A stretch of DNA of 17,833 nucleotides from Nitrospirota bacterium (GTDB lineage: Bacteria > Nitrospirota > UBA9217), in contig CAWFSF010000007.1 of NCBI GenBank assembly GCA_963818475.1, positions 1 to 17,833 on the forward strand. Reading direction: 5' to 3'. The notes below the pieces were generated by a model. That model was not told where the DNA came from and did no database searches. It saw nothing but the letters and a program-made list of their open reading frames with translations. The position numbers were made by a program, and so were the translations under genes. Positions within the stretch are counted from its first letter, which is position 1. Every line of letters begins with the position of its first letter. Shown in pieces: positions 8,320-16,573 of the stretch.

Positions 8320-9753
8320 ATGGCGCTCAAGAGAAAAAAAGCCTTCTTCATAGCAATGGGAGTGATCATATTCGTTGTCTGCGCGCTGATCATCGCGCTC
8401 CTGCTCAATATGCAGGCCTTGAAACCCCGGATCGAGTCAGCCGCGTCGCATGCTCTGGGAATGGAGGTTCTGATCAAGGGCCGGTTGGGCATCGCTCTCT
8501 TTCCGGGTATCGGCATAACGCTGAGGGAAATCAGCGTGCGGAACAAGGGAGCTGATGTCGCTACAGTGGAGGTGATGAAGGTCGGGCTGGAGTTCATCGC
8601 CCTTACAAGGCGGGAAATCCTGATAAACCGGACCCGGCTTATCAATCCGGTATTCTCCCTGGTCCGGTATAAAAACGGGACATTCAATGTGGAAAAACCG
8701 GAACGTACGCCGTCGGGGAGGCCCCTTGCCGTGGAAAGGATATCCATCTCTCAGGGGCAAATTATTTACACTGATGAAATATCCGGTACCAGGATCGGAG
8801 TAAACGACATCGAGGCGACCCTGCAAAACTTTTCATACAGCAGGAAGGAGAATACAGAACCATTCAAAAATATCTCATTCACCGGGGATATCAGGTGCAA
8901 GACGCTCTTGATCAATAATTTCACCCTGACGAACCTCGTGATGGGAACAGCAGGCAAAAAGGGAACATTCGATTTAAGCCCTATCAGAATGGACATCTTC
9001 GGCGGGACCGGGAACGGAAGCGTTCATGTGGATGTGACGGGGGCGTTGCCCCATTACCGGGTAATGTATACCCTCAACCGGTTCAGGATCGAAGAGCTTA
9101 TCCATAAATTCTCGCCCGGGAACCCCGAAAAAAGGATAGAAGGACTGACAGACTTTTCCGCGAATCTGACCGCAAAGGGGAAGAGCGCAAAGGAGGTGAG
9201 GCAATCGCTCAACGGCGACCTTTCTTTGAACGGGGAGAACCTTCTGCTCTATCGCATTGATATCGACGCTCTTATACCAAAGTACGAACGAAGCCAGAAC
9301 TTCAACCTCGTGGATGTAGGGGCATACGTTCTCGCGGGCCCCTTTGGGCCGGTACTTACCAAGAGCTATAATTTTGGAAGCTTGTACGAAGAGTCGCGGG
9401 GCGGGACGGGAAGCATCAAAAAACTTATTTCAATCTGGAAAGTAAAGAACGGCATTGCCGGGGCGGCTGATGTTGCCTTTGCTTCAAAAAAATACCGGGT
9501 CGCCATGAAGGGTGGATTGAATTTTGTCAATGATCGTTTTGACGACGTAACAATAGCGGTCCTCGATAAACGAGGGTGCGCTGTTTACAGCCAGAAAGTG
9601 CACGGGCCGTTCCGTAAACCGCAGGTCGAAAAGGTGAATGTTTTTAAGTCGATTACGGGATCGGTTTCGAACGCGCTGGAAAGTGCGGGTCAATTCATTC
9701 GAGGGAAAAAGTGCACGATATTCTACTCAGGTTCGGTGGCGCAGCCCGAGTGA
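8320..9753 (+). CDS. AsmA family protein, 477 aa
   Basis: N-terminal TM anchor, then KPRIESAAS.ALG.EV.I.G, P.FSLVR.KNGTFN, FGG.GNG, LTAKG.S...V.QSLNG. Beta-rich throughout. RBS GAGG. Confidence 0.85.
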   Translation: MALKRKKAFFIAMGVIIFVVCALIIALLLNMQALKPRIESAASHALGMEVLIKGRLGIALFPGIGITLREISVRNKGADVATVEVMKVGLEFIALTRREILINRTRLINPVFSLVRYKNGTFNVEKPERTPSGRPLAVERISISQGQIIYTDEISGTRIGVNDIEATLQNFSYSRKENTEPFKNISFTGDIRCKTLLINNFTLTNLVMGTAGKKGTFDLSPIRMDIFGGTGNGSVHVDVTGALPHYRVMYTLNRFRIEELIHKFSPGNPEKRIEGLTDFSANLTAKGKSAKEVRQSLNGDLSLNGENLLLYRIDIDALIPKYERSQNFNLVDVGAYVLAGPFGPVLTKSYNFGSLYEESRGGTGSIKKLISIWKVKNGIAGAADVAFASKKYRVAMKGGLNFVNDRFDDVTIAVLDKRGCAVYSQKVHGPFRKPQVEKVNVFKSITGSVSNALESAGQFIRGKKCTIFYSGSVAQPE

Positions 9754-9771
9754 CAAGAATAGACTATCAAT

Positions 9772-9806
9772 GCGGTTCTGCCGGCTACAGTGCCCGCCTT
9801 TTTTTT
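9772..9806 (+). terminator. Possible rho-independent terminator after asmA
   Basis: Imperfect stem GCGG..CTG/CAG..CCGC followed by T8. Confidence 0.35.
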
Positions 9807-9849
9807 CATAATCAAAAACGAAGAAGCTATTATCACATCCTTGAAAGAG

Positions 9850-9893
9850 CCCCCTCACCGACTCTCTTCCCTCCGCAGGAAGGAAAAGTGGGA
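9850..9893. repeat. Degenerate CCCCTCACC-type REP-like repeat
   Basis: CCCCCTCACCGACTCTCTTCCCTCCGCAGGAAGGAAAAGTGGGA resembles the CCCCTCACCCTAACCCTCTCCC..GGGAGAGGG family (recalled, not searched). Confidence 0.35.
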
Positions 9894-9908
9894 GCAGCCG
9901 TACTCATC

Positions 9909-9953
9909 TGCACAGCTATTCATCATATGCTGATAATTTAGTCAATTCTGACT
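9909..9953. promoter_or_regulatory. Candidate upstream activator (bEBP/NtrC-like) sites
   Basis: Two 17-bp TGC...TCA boxes (9909-9925, 9928-9944) and the palindrome AGTCA-ATTC-TGACT (9940-9953), about 55-100 bp upstream of the σ54 promoter. Confidence 0.4.
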
Positions 9954-9979
9954 TTCAGTGAAAAACGCATATCGTGGAA

Positions 9980-9992
9980 ATTCAATATGTTG
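9980..9992 (+). promoter_or_regulatory. Putative IHF site
   Basis: ATTCAATATGTTG has one mismatch to WATCAANNNNTTR and sits between the candidate UAS and the -24 box. Confidence 0.5.
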
Positions 9993-10008
9993 AAAAGTTC
10001 TATTCATC

Positions 10009-10024
10009 TGGTACAGGACTTGCT
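10009..10024 (+). promoter_or_regulatory. σ54 (-24/-12) promoter of glnK-amtB
   Basis: TGGTACA-GGAC-TTGCT matches TGGYACR-N4-TTGCW with exact spacing, directly upstream of the nitrogen genes. Confidence 0.88.
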
Positions 10025-10029
10025 AATAA

Positions 10030-10047
10030 ATTGTTCACTTGAACAAT
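10030..10047. promoter_or_regulatory. Perfect palindrome over the predicted TSS (candidate operator)
   Basis: ATTGTTCA-CT-TGAACAAT. The predicted +1 is near 10035. Confidence 0.5.
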
Positions 10048-10052
10048 AATAA

Positions 10053-10409
<357 letters not shown>

Positions 10410-10453
10410 GATGTGATAAGACAGAATAATAAAAAAAGACCTTAACTGCGTCT

Positions 10454-10489
10454 CTCGCAAAGCTCGCAAAGGACGCAAAGGACGGCAGA
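10454..10489. repeat. 9-bp tandem repeat (NNCGCAAAG) x3 plus a degenerate fourth copy
   Basis: CTCGCAAAG CTCGCAAAG GACGCAAAG GACGGCAGA in the glnK-amtB spacer. Confidence 0.7.
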
Positions 10490-10524
10490 AACAATAAGAA
10501 AAAATATACGCAGGAGGATCTGTT

Positions 10525-11853
10525 GTGAAAATTACGTTCAAAGGAAAACATACGGTGCTGTTCCTCGTACTGACCGCCCTGGCCGATTCCTCGGCGTTCG
10601 CACAGGCTGCAGAGGCTGCAGCAGTGCCCAAGGTAGACACCGGAGACACCGCCTGGATACTAATGTCCACGGCGCTGGTCATGCTCATGACGCCGGGGCT
10701 GGCGCTGTTTTACGGCGGTATGGTAAGAAAGAAGAATGTGCTTGGCACCATCATGCACAGCTTCGTCGCCATTGCGCTCGTGAGCGTTCAATGGATCATT
10801 CTCGGGTACTCCCTCGCGTTCGGGCCGGATATCAAGGGATTGATCGGGAATCTCGACTGGATCGGGTTGAACGGCGTCGGGCTTTTGCCGAATGTCGACT
10901 ATGCTCCCACGGTCCCGCATATGGCGTTCATGATCTACCAGGCAATGTTCGCGGTGATCACGCCGGCGCTCATCAGCGGTGCGTTCGCCGAACGCATGAA
11001 ATTCTCCGCCTTTATCGTTTTTACACTCATCTGGACCACGATCGTTTACGATCCTGTTGCGCACTGGGTATGGGGCACGGGCGGCTGGATGAAGCAGCTC
11101 GGCGTGCTTGATTTTGCCGGGGGTATCGTGGTCCATGCAACCTCGGGATTTTCCGCCCTTGCCGCGGCATTATATATCGGCAAGCGCAAAGGGTTCCTGC
11201 ACGAGCATATGCCTCCCCACGACCTCCCGATGACCGTGCTGGGTGCGGGGCTTTTGTGGTTCGGATGGTTCGGGTTCAACGCAGGAAGCGCACTCTCCTC
11301 AGGCGGGCTCGCCACCATGGCCTTTGTCACGACCCATACGGCAGCTGTCTCGGCCACGCTCACCTGGGTCTTTGTTGAATGGTATCACCGGGGCAAGCCG
11401 ACCATGTTCGGAGCAGCCACGGGCGCCATCGCAGGACTCGCCACGATCACCCCGGCAGCCGGGTTCGTCGGCCCCATGCCTGCCCTGGTCATCGGCATCG
11501 TCGCTTCACTGTTGTGCTATACGGCACTTAATGCAAAAACGAAGTTCGGGTATGATGATTCTCTGGATGCTTTCGGTGTTCACGGCGTCGGCGGGACGGT
11601 TGGTACCATCCTGGCAGGCGTCTTTGCTTCGGTTGCCATTAATGCGGCAGGCGCGAACGGCCTGCTCTTTGGCAATCCCCGGCAGCTTGCGGTCCAGGCC
11701 GGTGCCGTGGCCCTGGTCGCGGTCTATTCCTTTGTAGTGAGCCTGGGGCTCTTCAAGCTGATCGATCTGGTAATGGGCGTTCGTGTTGACCGGGATCAGG
11801 AAACAGAGGGGCTCGATATCAGCCAGCATGGTGAGAGCGGGTATACAGCATAA
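10525..11853 (+). CDS. amtB: Ammonium transporter AmtB
   Basis: Signal-peptide-like N-terminus, MTPGLALFYGG, ISGAFAER, AHWVWG, DFAGGIVVH and DDSLDAFGVHG (twin His), WFGWFGFNAGS, C-terminal EGLD..QHGE. GTG start with RBS AGGAGG. Confidence 0.97.
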   Translation: MKITFKGKHTVLFLVLTALADSSAFAQAAEAAAVPKVDTGDTAWILMSTALVMLMTPGLALFYGGMVRKKNVLGTIMHSFVAIALVSVQWIILGYSLAFGPDIKGLIGNLDWIGLNGVGLLPNVDYAPTVPHMAFMIYQAMFAVITPALISGAFAERMKFSAFIVFTLIWTTIVYDPVAHWVWGTGGWMKQLGVLDFAGGIVVHATSGFSALAAALYIGKRKGFLHEHMPPHDLPMTVLGAGLLWFGWFGFNAGSALSSGGLATMAFVTTHTAAVSATLTWVFVEWYHRGKPTMFGAATGAIAGLATITPAAGFVGPMPALVIGIVASLLCYTALNAKTKFGYDDSLDAFGVHGVGGTVGTILAGVFASVAINAAGANGLLFGNPRQLAVQAGAVALVAVYSFVVSLGLFKLIDLVMGVRVDRDQETEGLDISQHGESGYTA

Positions 11854-11869
11854 AAAGGTTGACCAGCCT

Positions 11870-11914
11870 CTATGACGCACATCATAGAAAGGTGATCGGC
11901 ATTTCTGGTACCAT
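11870..11914 (+). promoter_or_regulatory. Class II Crp/Fnr-family (HcpR-like) activated promoter
   Basis: Perfect palindrome CTATGA-N6-TCATAG (11870-11887) and extended -10 TG-G-TACCAT (11906-11914). The site centre falls at about -41.5 from the expected +1. Confidence 0.65.
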
Positions 11915-11939
11915 GCACCAACCTAAAAGGAGGTGTACT

Positions 11940-12395
11940 ATGAATACCCATACCAGCGACTGCCCATCCTGTTCCTCCATCAAAGCTGCTCCGGCAGAGA
12001 GCAACAAAGATGTACGGCTCACCCAATGGCCGATCCAGATCAAGCTCATCGGAACGGCCGCACCGTTCCTGCAGGACGCCGATCTCCTGGTGGCCGCGGA
12101 CTGTACCGCCTTTGCCACGCCGGGGTTCCACGAGAAGTTCCTGCCCGGCAAAAAGGTGCTGATCGGCTGCCCCAAGCTTGACGATGCGACCCAGTATCTT
12201 TCCAAGTTCACCGAGATCTTCGGCACCACGACGGTCAGGACAGTGACCTGTCTTCGGATGGAAGTGCCTTGCTGCGGCGGCATGACCGCAGTCCTGAAAG
12301 AGGCCATCAACCGCTCAGGGAGGCAGATCCCCATGACGGAGATCATCGTCGGCGTAAAGGGAGATGTGCTTTCGGAGAAAATAATAGTGGCATAA
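11940..12395 (+). CDS. Cys-rich putative Fe-S protein, 151 aa (stand-alone form of the C-terminal domain of hcp-associated ferredoxin-like proteins)
   Basis: Motifs LTQWPIQIKL, LLVAADC, GCPKLDD, MEVPCCGG. RBS AAGGAGG puts the start at ATG 11940, not 11859. Confidence 0.8.
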   Translation: MNTHTSDCPSCSSIKAAPAESNKDVRLTQWPIQIKLIGTAAPFLQDADLLVAADCTAFATPGFHEKFLPGKKVLIGCPKLDDATQYLSKFTEIFGTTTVRTVTCLRMEVPCCGGMTAVLKEAINRSGRQIPMTEIIVGVKGDVLSEKIIVA

Positions 12396-12428
12396 ATGAA
12401 AGTCGGAAACGGCGATAAACCCATGTTC

Positions 12429-12500
12429 CGTCATTCCCGCGCAGGCGGGAATCCAGGCTTTTCAGGCTGTTACTGGATCCCCGTTTTCACGGGGATGACG
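12429..12500. repeat. 72-bp REP-like palindromic element with two dRS3-like cores
   Basis: CGTCATTCCC-GCGCAGGC-GGGAATCCAG ... CTGGATCCCC-GTTTTCAC-GGGGATGACG. The first core matches ATTCCC-N8-GGGAAT exactly. Confidence 0.85.
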
Positions 12501-12542
12501 AAGTAGGTAAAAAATGGCTCTGCTCAACAAGCTGTTAAGCAC

Positions 12543-12574
12543 AAAAAGCCCATCATATGCTGATGGGCTTTTTT
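12543..12574. terminator. Bidirectional rho-independent terminator
   Basis: AAAAA-GCCCATCA-TATGC-TGATGGGC-TTTTTT between convergent genes. Confidence 0.9.
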
Positions 12575-12602
12575 GCGTTCGGCTTCTTCCATCCCGGCAG
12601 GG

Positions 12603-14150
12603 TCAATGCACGTCAACGGGTGGCCCGGCTCCCGGCGCTTTCTGCCACTTCATGATGAACACCAGCGGAAGCACGGAAAGGATCAGGAAGCAGATGATGA
12701 GGAATGCGTCGGTGAACGCAAGGGTCGTGGACTGTTTGACCAGCTCGCGGTACATCATGCCGTCGGCCCCGGCTGCAGGAAGGCCTTTTGCGGCAAGCAT
12801 CTCTACGGCTTTGTCGTGGTAGATCTGGTAGGATGGGTCAAAGGGCGACAAGTGTTCGACCAGGCGGGTCTGATGCAGCTGCGCCCTGCGGGAGAGGATG
12901 GTCGTGGTAAAGGCTATGCCCACGCTTCCGCCGAGATTCCTGAGCAGGTTGTACAGCGACGTTGCTTCGGTCATGTGCTCCTTGGGGATGTGCGACAGCG
13001 TGAGCGTGGTGAGCGGGATGAAGGTCATGCCCATGCCGAACCCCAGGAACACCCGCGGCCAGACAAAGGTCCAGAAGTCGGTGGTGAGATTGAACCGCGA
13101 CATCATATAGGTGCTGATGGCGCACGTGCAGATGCCGACGACGAGGAAGCGCTTGGGGTTCACCTTGCCGATGAACTTGCCCACGATGGGCATGGCGAAC
13201 ATGGTGGCGATGCCGCCGGGGCCGAGCACGAGCCCTGCATAGAACGAGGTGTAGCCCATCATCATCTGGAGATAGATGGGAAGGAGCACAATGCTGCCGA
13301 AGAGATTCAGGAACACGAAGAACATCACGGTGGAGCCGCTCGTGAAGGTGCGGTCTTTGAACAGTTTCAGGTTCACGATGGGATGTTCGGAATAGTATTC
13401 ATTGATTATGAGCAGGGTGAGCGAAACCGCGGAAATGACCCCGAGGCTGAGGATCAGGTTGGAGCTGAACCAGTCCTCGTTCTCGCCCTTGTCGAGCATG
13501 AACTGGAGCGCGCCCAGCCCCACGGAAAGGAAAATGAGCCCCCAGTAGTCGATCTTCATTTTCTGGCGCTGCATGTAGGGCGGGTCCTGGATCACGATGA
13601 CGTTCATGATTATCGCGAAGATCCCGATGGGGATGTTGATATAGAAGATCCATCGCCAGGACATGGTGTCGGTGATCCATCCGCCGAGCAGGGGGCCGAC
13701 GATGGGGCCGAGCATGGCGCCCATTCCGAAGATGGCCATGGCCAGTCCGTGTTTTTCCCGGGGAAACGATTCGAGCAGGATCGACTGGCTGATGGGAACG
13801 AGTCCGCCGCCCGCGAGCCCCTGGATCACGCGGAAGAAAACGAGGCTGTTCAGGCTCCAGGCAGAACCGCACATGAACGAAGCGAAGGTGAACAGGGCGA
13901 TGGACGCGATCTGGTAGTTCTTTCTGCCGATGAGCTTGGCCAGCCAGCCCGCCATGGGGATCACGATGGCGTTCGAGACGAGGTAGGCGGTGATGGTCCA
14001 GGTGGCTTCATCATAGCCCGCGGAGAGGGAGCCCCTGATGTGGTCGAGCGAGACGTTCACGATCGAGGTGTCGATGATCTCGATCAGGGTCGGCAGCATC
14101 ACCGTGAACGCGATCAGGCCGAGGCTCTTTGTGTTGTGCTGCACGGTCAT
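12603..14150 (-). CDS. emrB: DHA2 family MFS efflux permease (EmrB-like)
   Basis: DTSIVNVSL, TWTITAYL, RVIQGLAGG, GPIVGPLLGGWITD..SWRWIFYINIPIG, NLLRNLGGS.GIA. ATGA overlap with emrA. Confidence 0.95.
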   Translation of the reverse strand: MTVQHNTKSLGLIAFTVMLPTLIEIIDTSIVNVSLDHIRGSLSAGYDEATWTITAYLVSNAIVIPMAGWLAKLIGRKNYQIASIALFTFASFMCGSAWSLNSLVFFRVIQGLAGGGLVPISQSILLESFPREKHGLAMAIFGMGAMLGPIVGPLLGGWITDTMSWRWIFYINIPIGIFAIIMNVIVIQDPPYMQRQKMKIDYWGLIFLSVGLGALQFMLDKGENEDWFSSNLILSLGVISAVSLTLLIINEYYSEHPIVNLKLFKDRTFTSGSTVMFFVFLNLFGSIVLLPIYLQMMMGYTSFYAGLVLGPGGIATMFAMPIVGKFIGKVNPKRFLVVGICTCAISTYMMSRFNLTTDFWTFVWPRVFLGFGMGMTFIPLTTLTLSHIPKEHMTEATSLYNLLRNLGGSVGIAFTTTILSRRAQLHQTRLVEHLSPFDPSYQIYHDKAVEMLAAKGLPAAGADGMMYRELVKQSTTLAFTDAFLIICFLILSVLPLVFIMKWQKAPGAGPPVDVH

Positions 14151-15030
14151 TTTGCGAGCACCGTGGGCTCCACGGACATGCCGACCTTAAGCAGATGGTC
14201 CTTGTCCGCGTCCTTTTCAAGAACGATCTTGACCGGGATCCGCTGGACCACTTTCACATAGTTGCCGGTCGCGTTCTCCGCAGGGAAGAGCGAAAAGGAA
14301 ACGCCGGTGCCGGCCATGATGCTGTCCACCGTACCTTTGAATGCTCCTGCCGGGATAGGCGTCCACCTTGATCCGCACGTTCTGGCCCGGCCGGATGCGT
14401 GCAAGTTCGGTTTCTTTGTAATTGGCAACGATGTGGATGTCTTCAAGCTCCACGATCGCCATCAGGGGTTGCCCCACCTGTACCTGGTTCCCAATCTGGA
14501 CGGATTTTCGTGTGACGTAACCGCCCGACGGCGCAACAATCGTCGTATAGCCCAGGTTGAGACCGGCCTGCCGCAGCTGTTCGTCAGCGAGCTTCACCTG
14601 CGCAGCGGCGATCTCCCGCGTCGAGACAGCCTTATCGTACCGGTCGGCCGAGCCGGCATCCTGGTCGAAAAGGGCCTTTGCCCGCTTCAGCTCACGTTCC
14701 GCCTGGCGGAGGTTAGCACGCTGGAGTTCGAGGTTTGCCCGGGAAGCTTCCAGGCGGGAGCGGTAGTCCATGGGATCCAGTCTCGACCAGCACATCGCCC
14801 GGTTTCACCTGCTGGTTGTCGTCAACGAGGACGGTCTTGACACTGCCGCTGACCCTGGCTGAGATGGTGTGAATGTTGCCTTCGATGAATGCGTCGTCGG
14901 TCGAAATGTGCGTCTTGTTGTATGCACTGATGAAGTATCCGGCGATCAGACCGATCGCGACGACCGCACCCACGATCATGAATGCTTTTTTCTTTTTTTG
15001 TCCGTTGTTGGACGGTGCTTGTTCAGCCAT
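14147..15030 (-). CDS. emrA: HlyD/EmrA membrane fusion protein, two +1 frameshifts (near 14781 and 14345)
   Basis: Three ORFs join in order: STDDAFIEG..ISARVSG..DNQQVKPGDVLVE | LDP..YT.I.AP..G..ANYKETEL..DAYPGR | AFKG.VDSI..FSLFPAENATGNYVKVVQRIPVKI. Confidence 0.9.
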
Positions 15031-15057
15031 GATGATAGCTCCTAATATGAAATTCAG

Positions 15058-15086
15058 GTAAGGGCGGGTTTCAAACCCGCCCCTAC
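15058..15086. repeat. GTAG-family REP palindrome
   Basis: The minus strand reads GTAGGGGCGGGTTT-G-AAACCCGCCCTTAC, inside the tolC-emrA spacer. Confidence 0.8.
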
Positions 15087-15125
15087 GAACGCATGATCGG
15101 CTGGATGGTGCTTATCCCTTGATGC

Positions 15126-16415
15126 TCACTGCCCGTACGCGGTCACGAGGTCCTTGCCCATGGCGTACAGCAGGTTGGCCTCAGCCCGCTGCATGGCATA
15201 GGTGGCGCGCCAGAGGTTGGATTCCGCTGTTGACAGGAGGGTGACCGCGTCCACGACCTCGGTGGTGGTTCCCACACCCTCCTTGAACCTGAGCTTATGC
15301 AGCCGAAGGTTCTCAACAGCAGAGGCAACAGCGGTTTTCGCCACCTCGACCTTCTGACGGGAGGTCTGCTGGTCGAGATAAGCTGCCTTGACCGAAAGTC
15401 TGACGGTATCGAGCATCTTCTCCCGGACGAGCTTGAGCGACCGCAGTTCGCTGTTTGCCATGCCGATCTTCGATCTGCTCGCTCCTCCCGACGAGAGGTT
15501 AACGTTCACCCCCGCGATCAGGGACCAGTTGTCCTGGTGCACCATGTATCTGTTCTCCAGGTACTCATAGCCGCCGGAAAGGTAGAACGTGGGAAGGTAT
15601 TCCGCTTCGATAGACCGGACGCTCTCAGCTTTTGCCGCGATCTTCGCGTCCATGTCCCTGAGGTCGGAGCTCTCCGCTTCAGCCGCGGTCCATGCAGCTT
15701 CCAGCGTGATGCCGGTCGCAGGACTCGGCCTGACCTCGTCCGCCTGCACGGGATCGTTCAATGATCTCAAAAGAAGGCTGTTGATCCTTGATGCCTTGAG
15801 CGAACGGAGGTCTTCGGCAGAGAGAAGCCTCTGGCGAGAGTCGGCAAGGGTGACCTCGGTCTGGAGCACTTCGTTCTTCGTGATGACGCCGGCCTTGAAC
15901 CGCACTTCCGCGTCCTTGCTGTGCGCTTCGTAGCGCGTGACCTCCTCTGTTGCCACATGCAGGAGCTTTTCGGACTCGAGCAGGTCGAGATAGGAAACGA
16001 TAAAATCCAGGGCGGATTGGTTCCTCACCCGCACGGTCTCGATCTCCCTGGCTTTCAGGCCGAACTTTGCCGAATCAATGGAGGACGAGGTCTTGCCGAA
16101 GTCATAGAGCATCTGGGTGGCCCGCACGCCATAGGTCGTAAACTGGTCCTGGGACGTGGGGACCACATTGCCCCCGAATTTTGCCTCAGGCTGGTACCGG
16201 AGCCACGTTTCGCGTCCATAGAGGTCAACAAAGGGGAGCCAGGGTGCGCGGGCGAGCGAGACCGTTTCCCGTGCAACCGCTTCATCAGACCGGGCGATCT
16301 TCACATCCCGCCCGTTCTCGGTTACGGCTTTGAGCCCTTCTTCCAGCGTCAGGGCATGGCAGGGAAGCGGCACGAACAGCAGGGCTAGGGGCAGGGCAAG
16401 GATCAATCGCTTCAT
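15126..16415 (-). CDS. TolC-family outer membrane efflux protein
   Basis: Signal peptide (..CHA|LTLEE), Q.LYDFGK, RFKAGV, RFKEGVGT..EVVDA and two OEP repeats. First gene of the emrAB operon. RBS GAGG. Confidence 0.93.
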   Translation of the reverse strand: MKRLILALPLALLFVPLPCHALTLEEGLKAVTENGRDVKIARSDEAVARETVSLARAPWLPFVDLYGRETWLRYQPEAKFGGNVVPTSQDQFTTYGVRATQMLYDFGKTSSSIDSAKFGLKAREIETVRVRNQSALDFIVSYLDLLESEKLLHVATEEVTRYEAHSKDAEVRFKAGVITKNEVLQTEVTLADSRQRLLSAEDLRSLKASRINSLLLRSLNDPVQADEVRPSPATGITLEAAWTAAEAESSDLRDMDAKIAAKAESVRSIEAEYLPTFYLSGGYEYLENRYMVHQDNWSLIAGVNVNLSSGGASRSKIGMANSELRSLKLVREKMLDTVRLSVKAAYLDQQTSRQKVEVAKTAVASAVENLRLHKLRFKEGVGTTTEVVDAVTLLSTAESNLWRATYAMQRAEANLLYAMGKDLVTAYGQ

Positions 16416-16573
16416 GATGGCACCTCAGGGGGTCATGGGAATGTAAGTGCTCGCTATACTACACGAAAAAAACGGAAAAATAAAGACGGGAAATGCGATC
16501 GGGCAGAAATGTGAGCTGCTTGTTTTTTCGTCTATTTAGTGTGATTATACTGCTTATCGCAAGGAGCAGTCCT

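Noticed and set aside
10454-10489. Possible CRISPR array
   Set aside because: Units are 9 bp with no spacers and there are no cas genes in the window.
11856-11869. Short hairpin AGGTT-GACC-AGCCT after amtB as a terminator
   Set aside because: Only a 5-bp stem with a wobble pair and no U-tract. Too weak to call.
11859-11939. 27-aa N-terminal extension of the Fe-S protein given in the ORF track
   Set aside because: It covers the promoter elements, and the strong RBS points to ATG 11940.
12573-14261. 562-aa ORF antisense to emrB
   Set aside because: Shadow frame of a GC-rich hydrophobic gene. His/Asp/Glu-biased composition, no RBS, and it starts inside the terminator.
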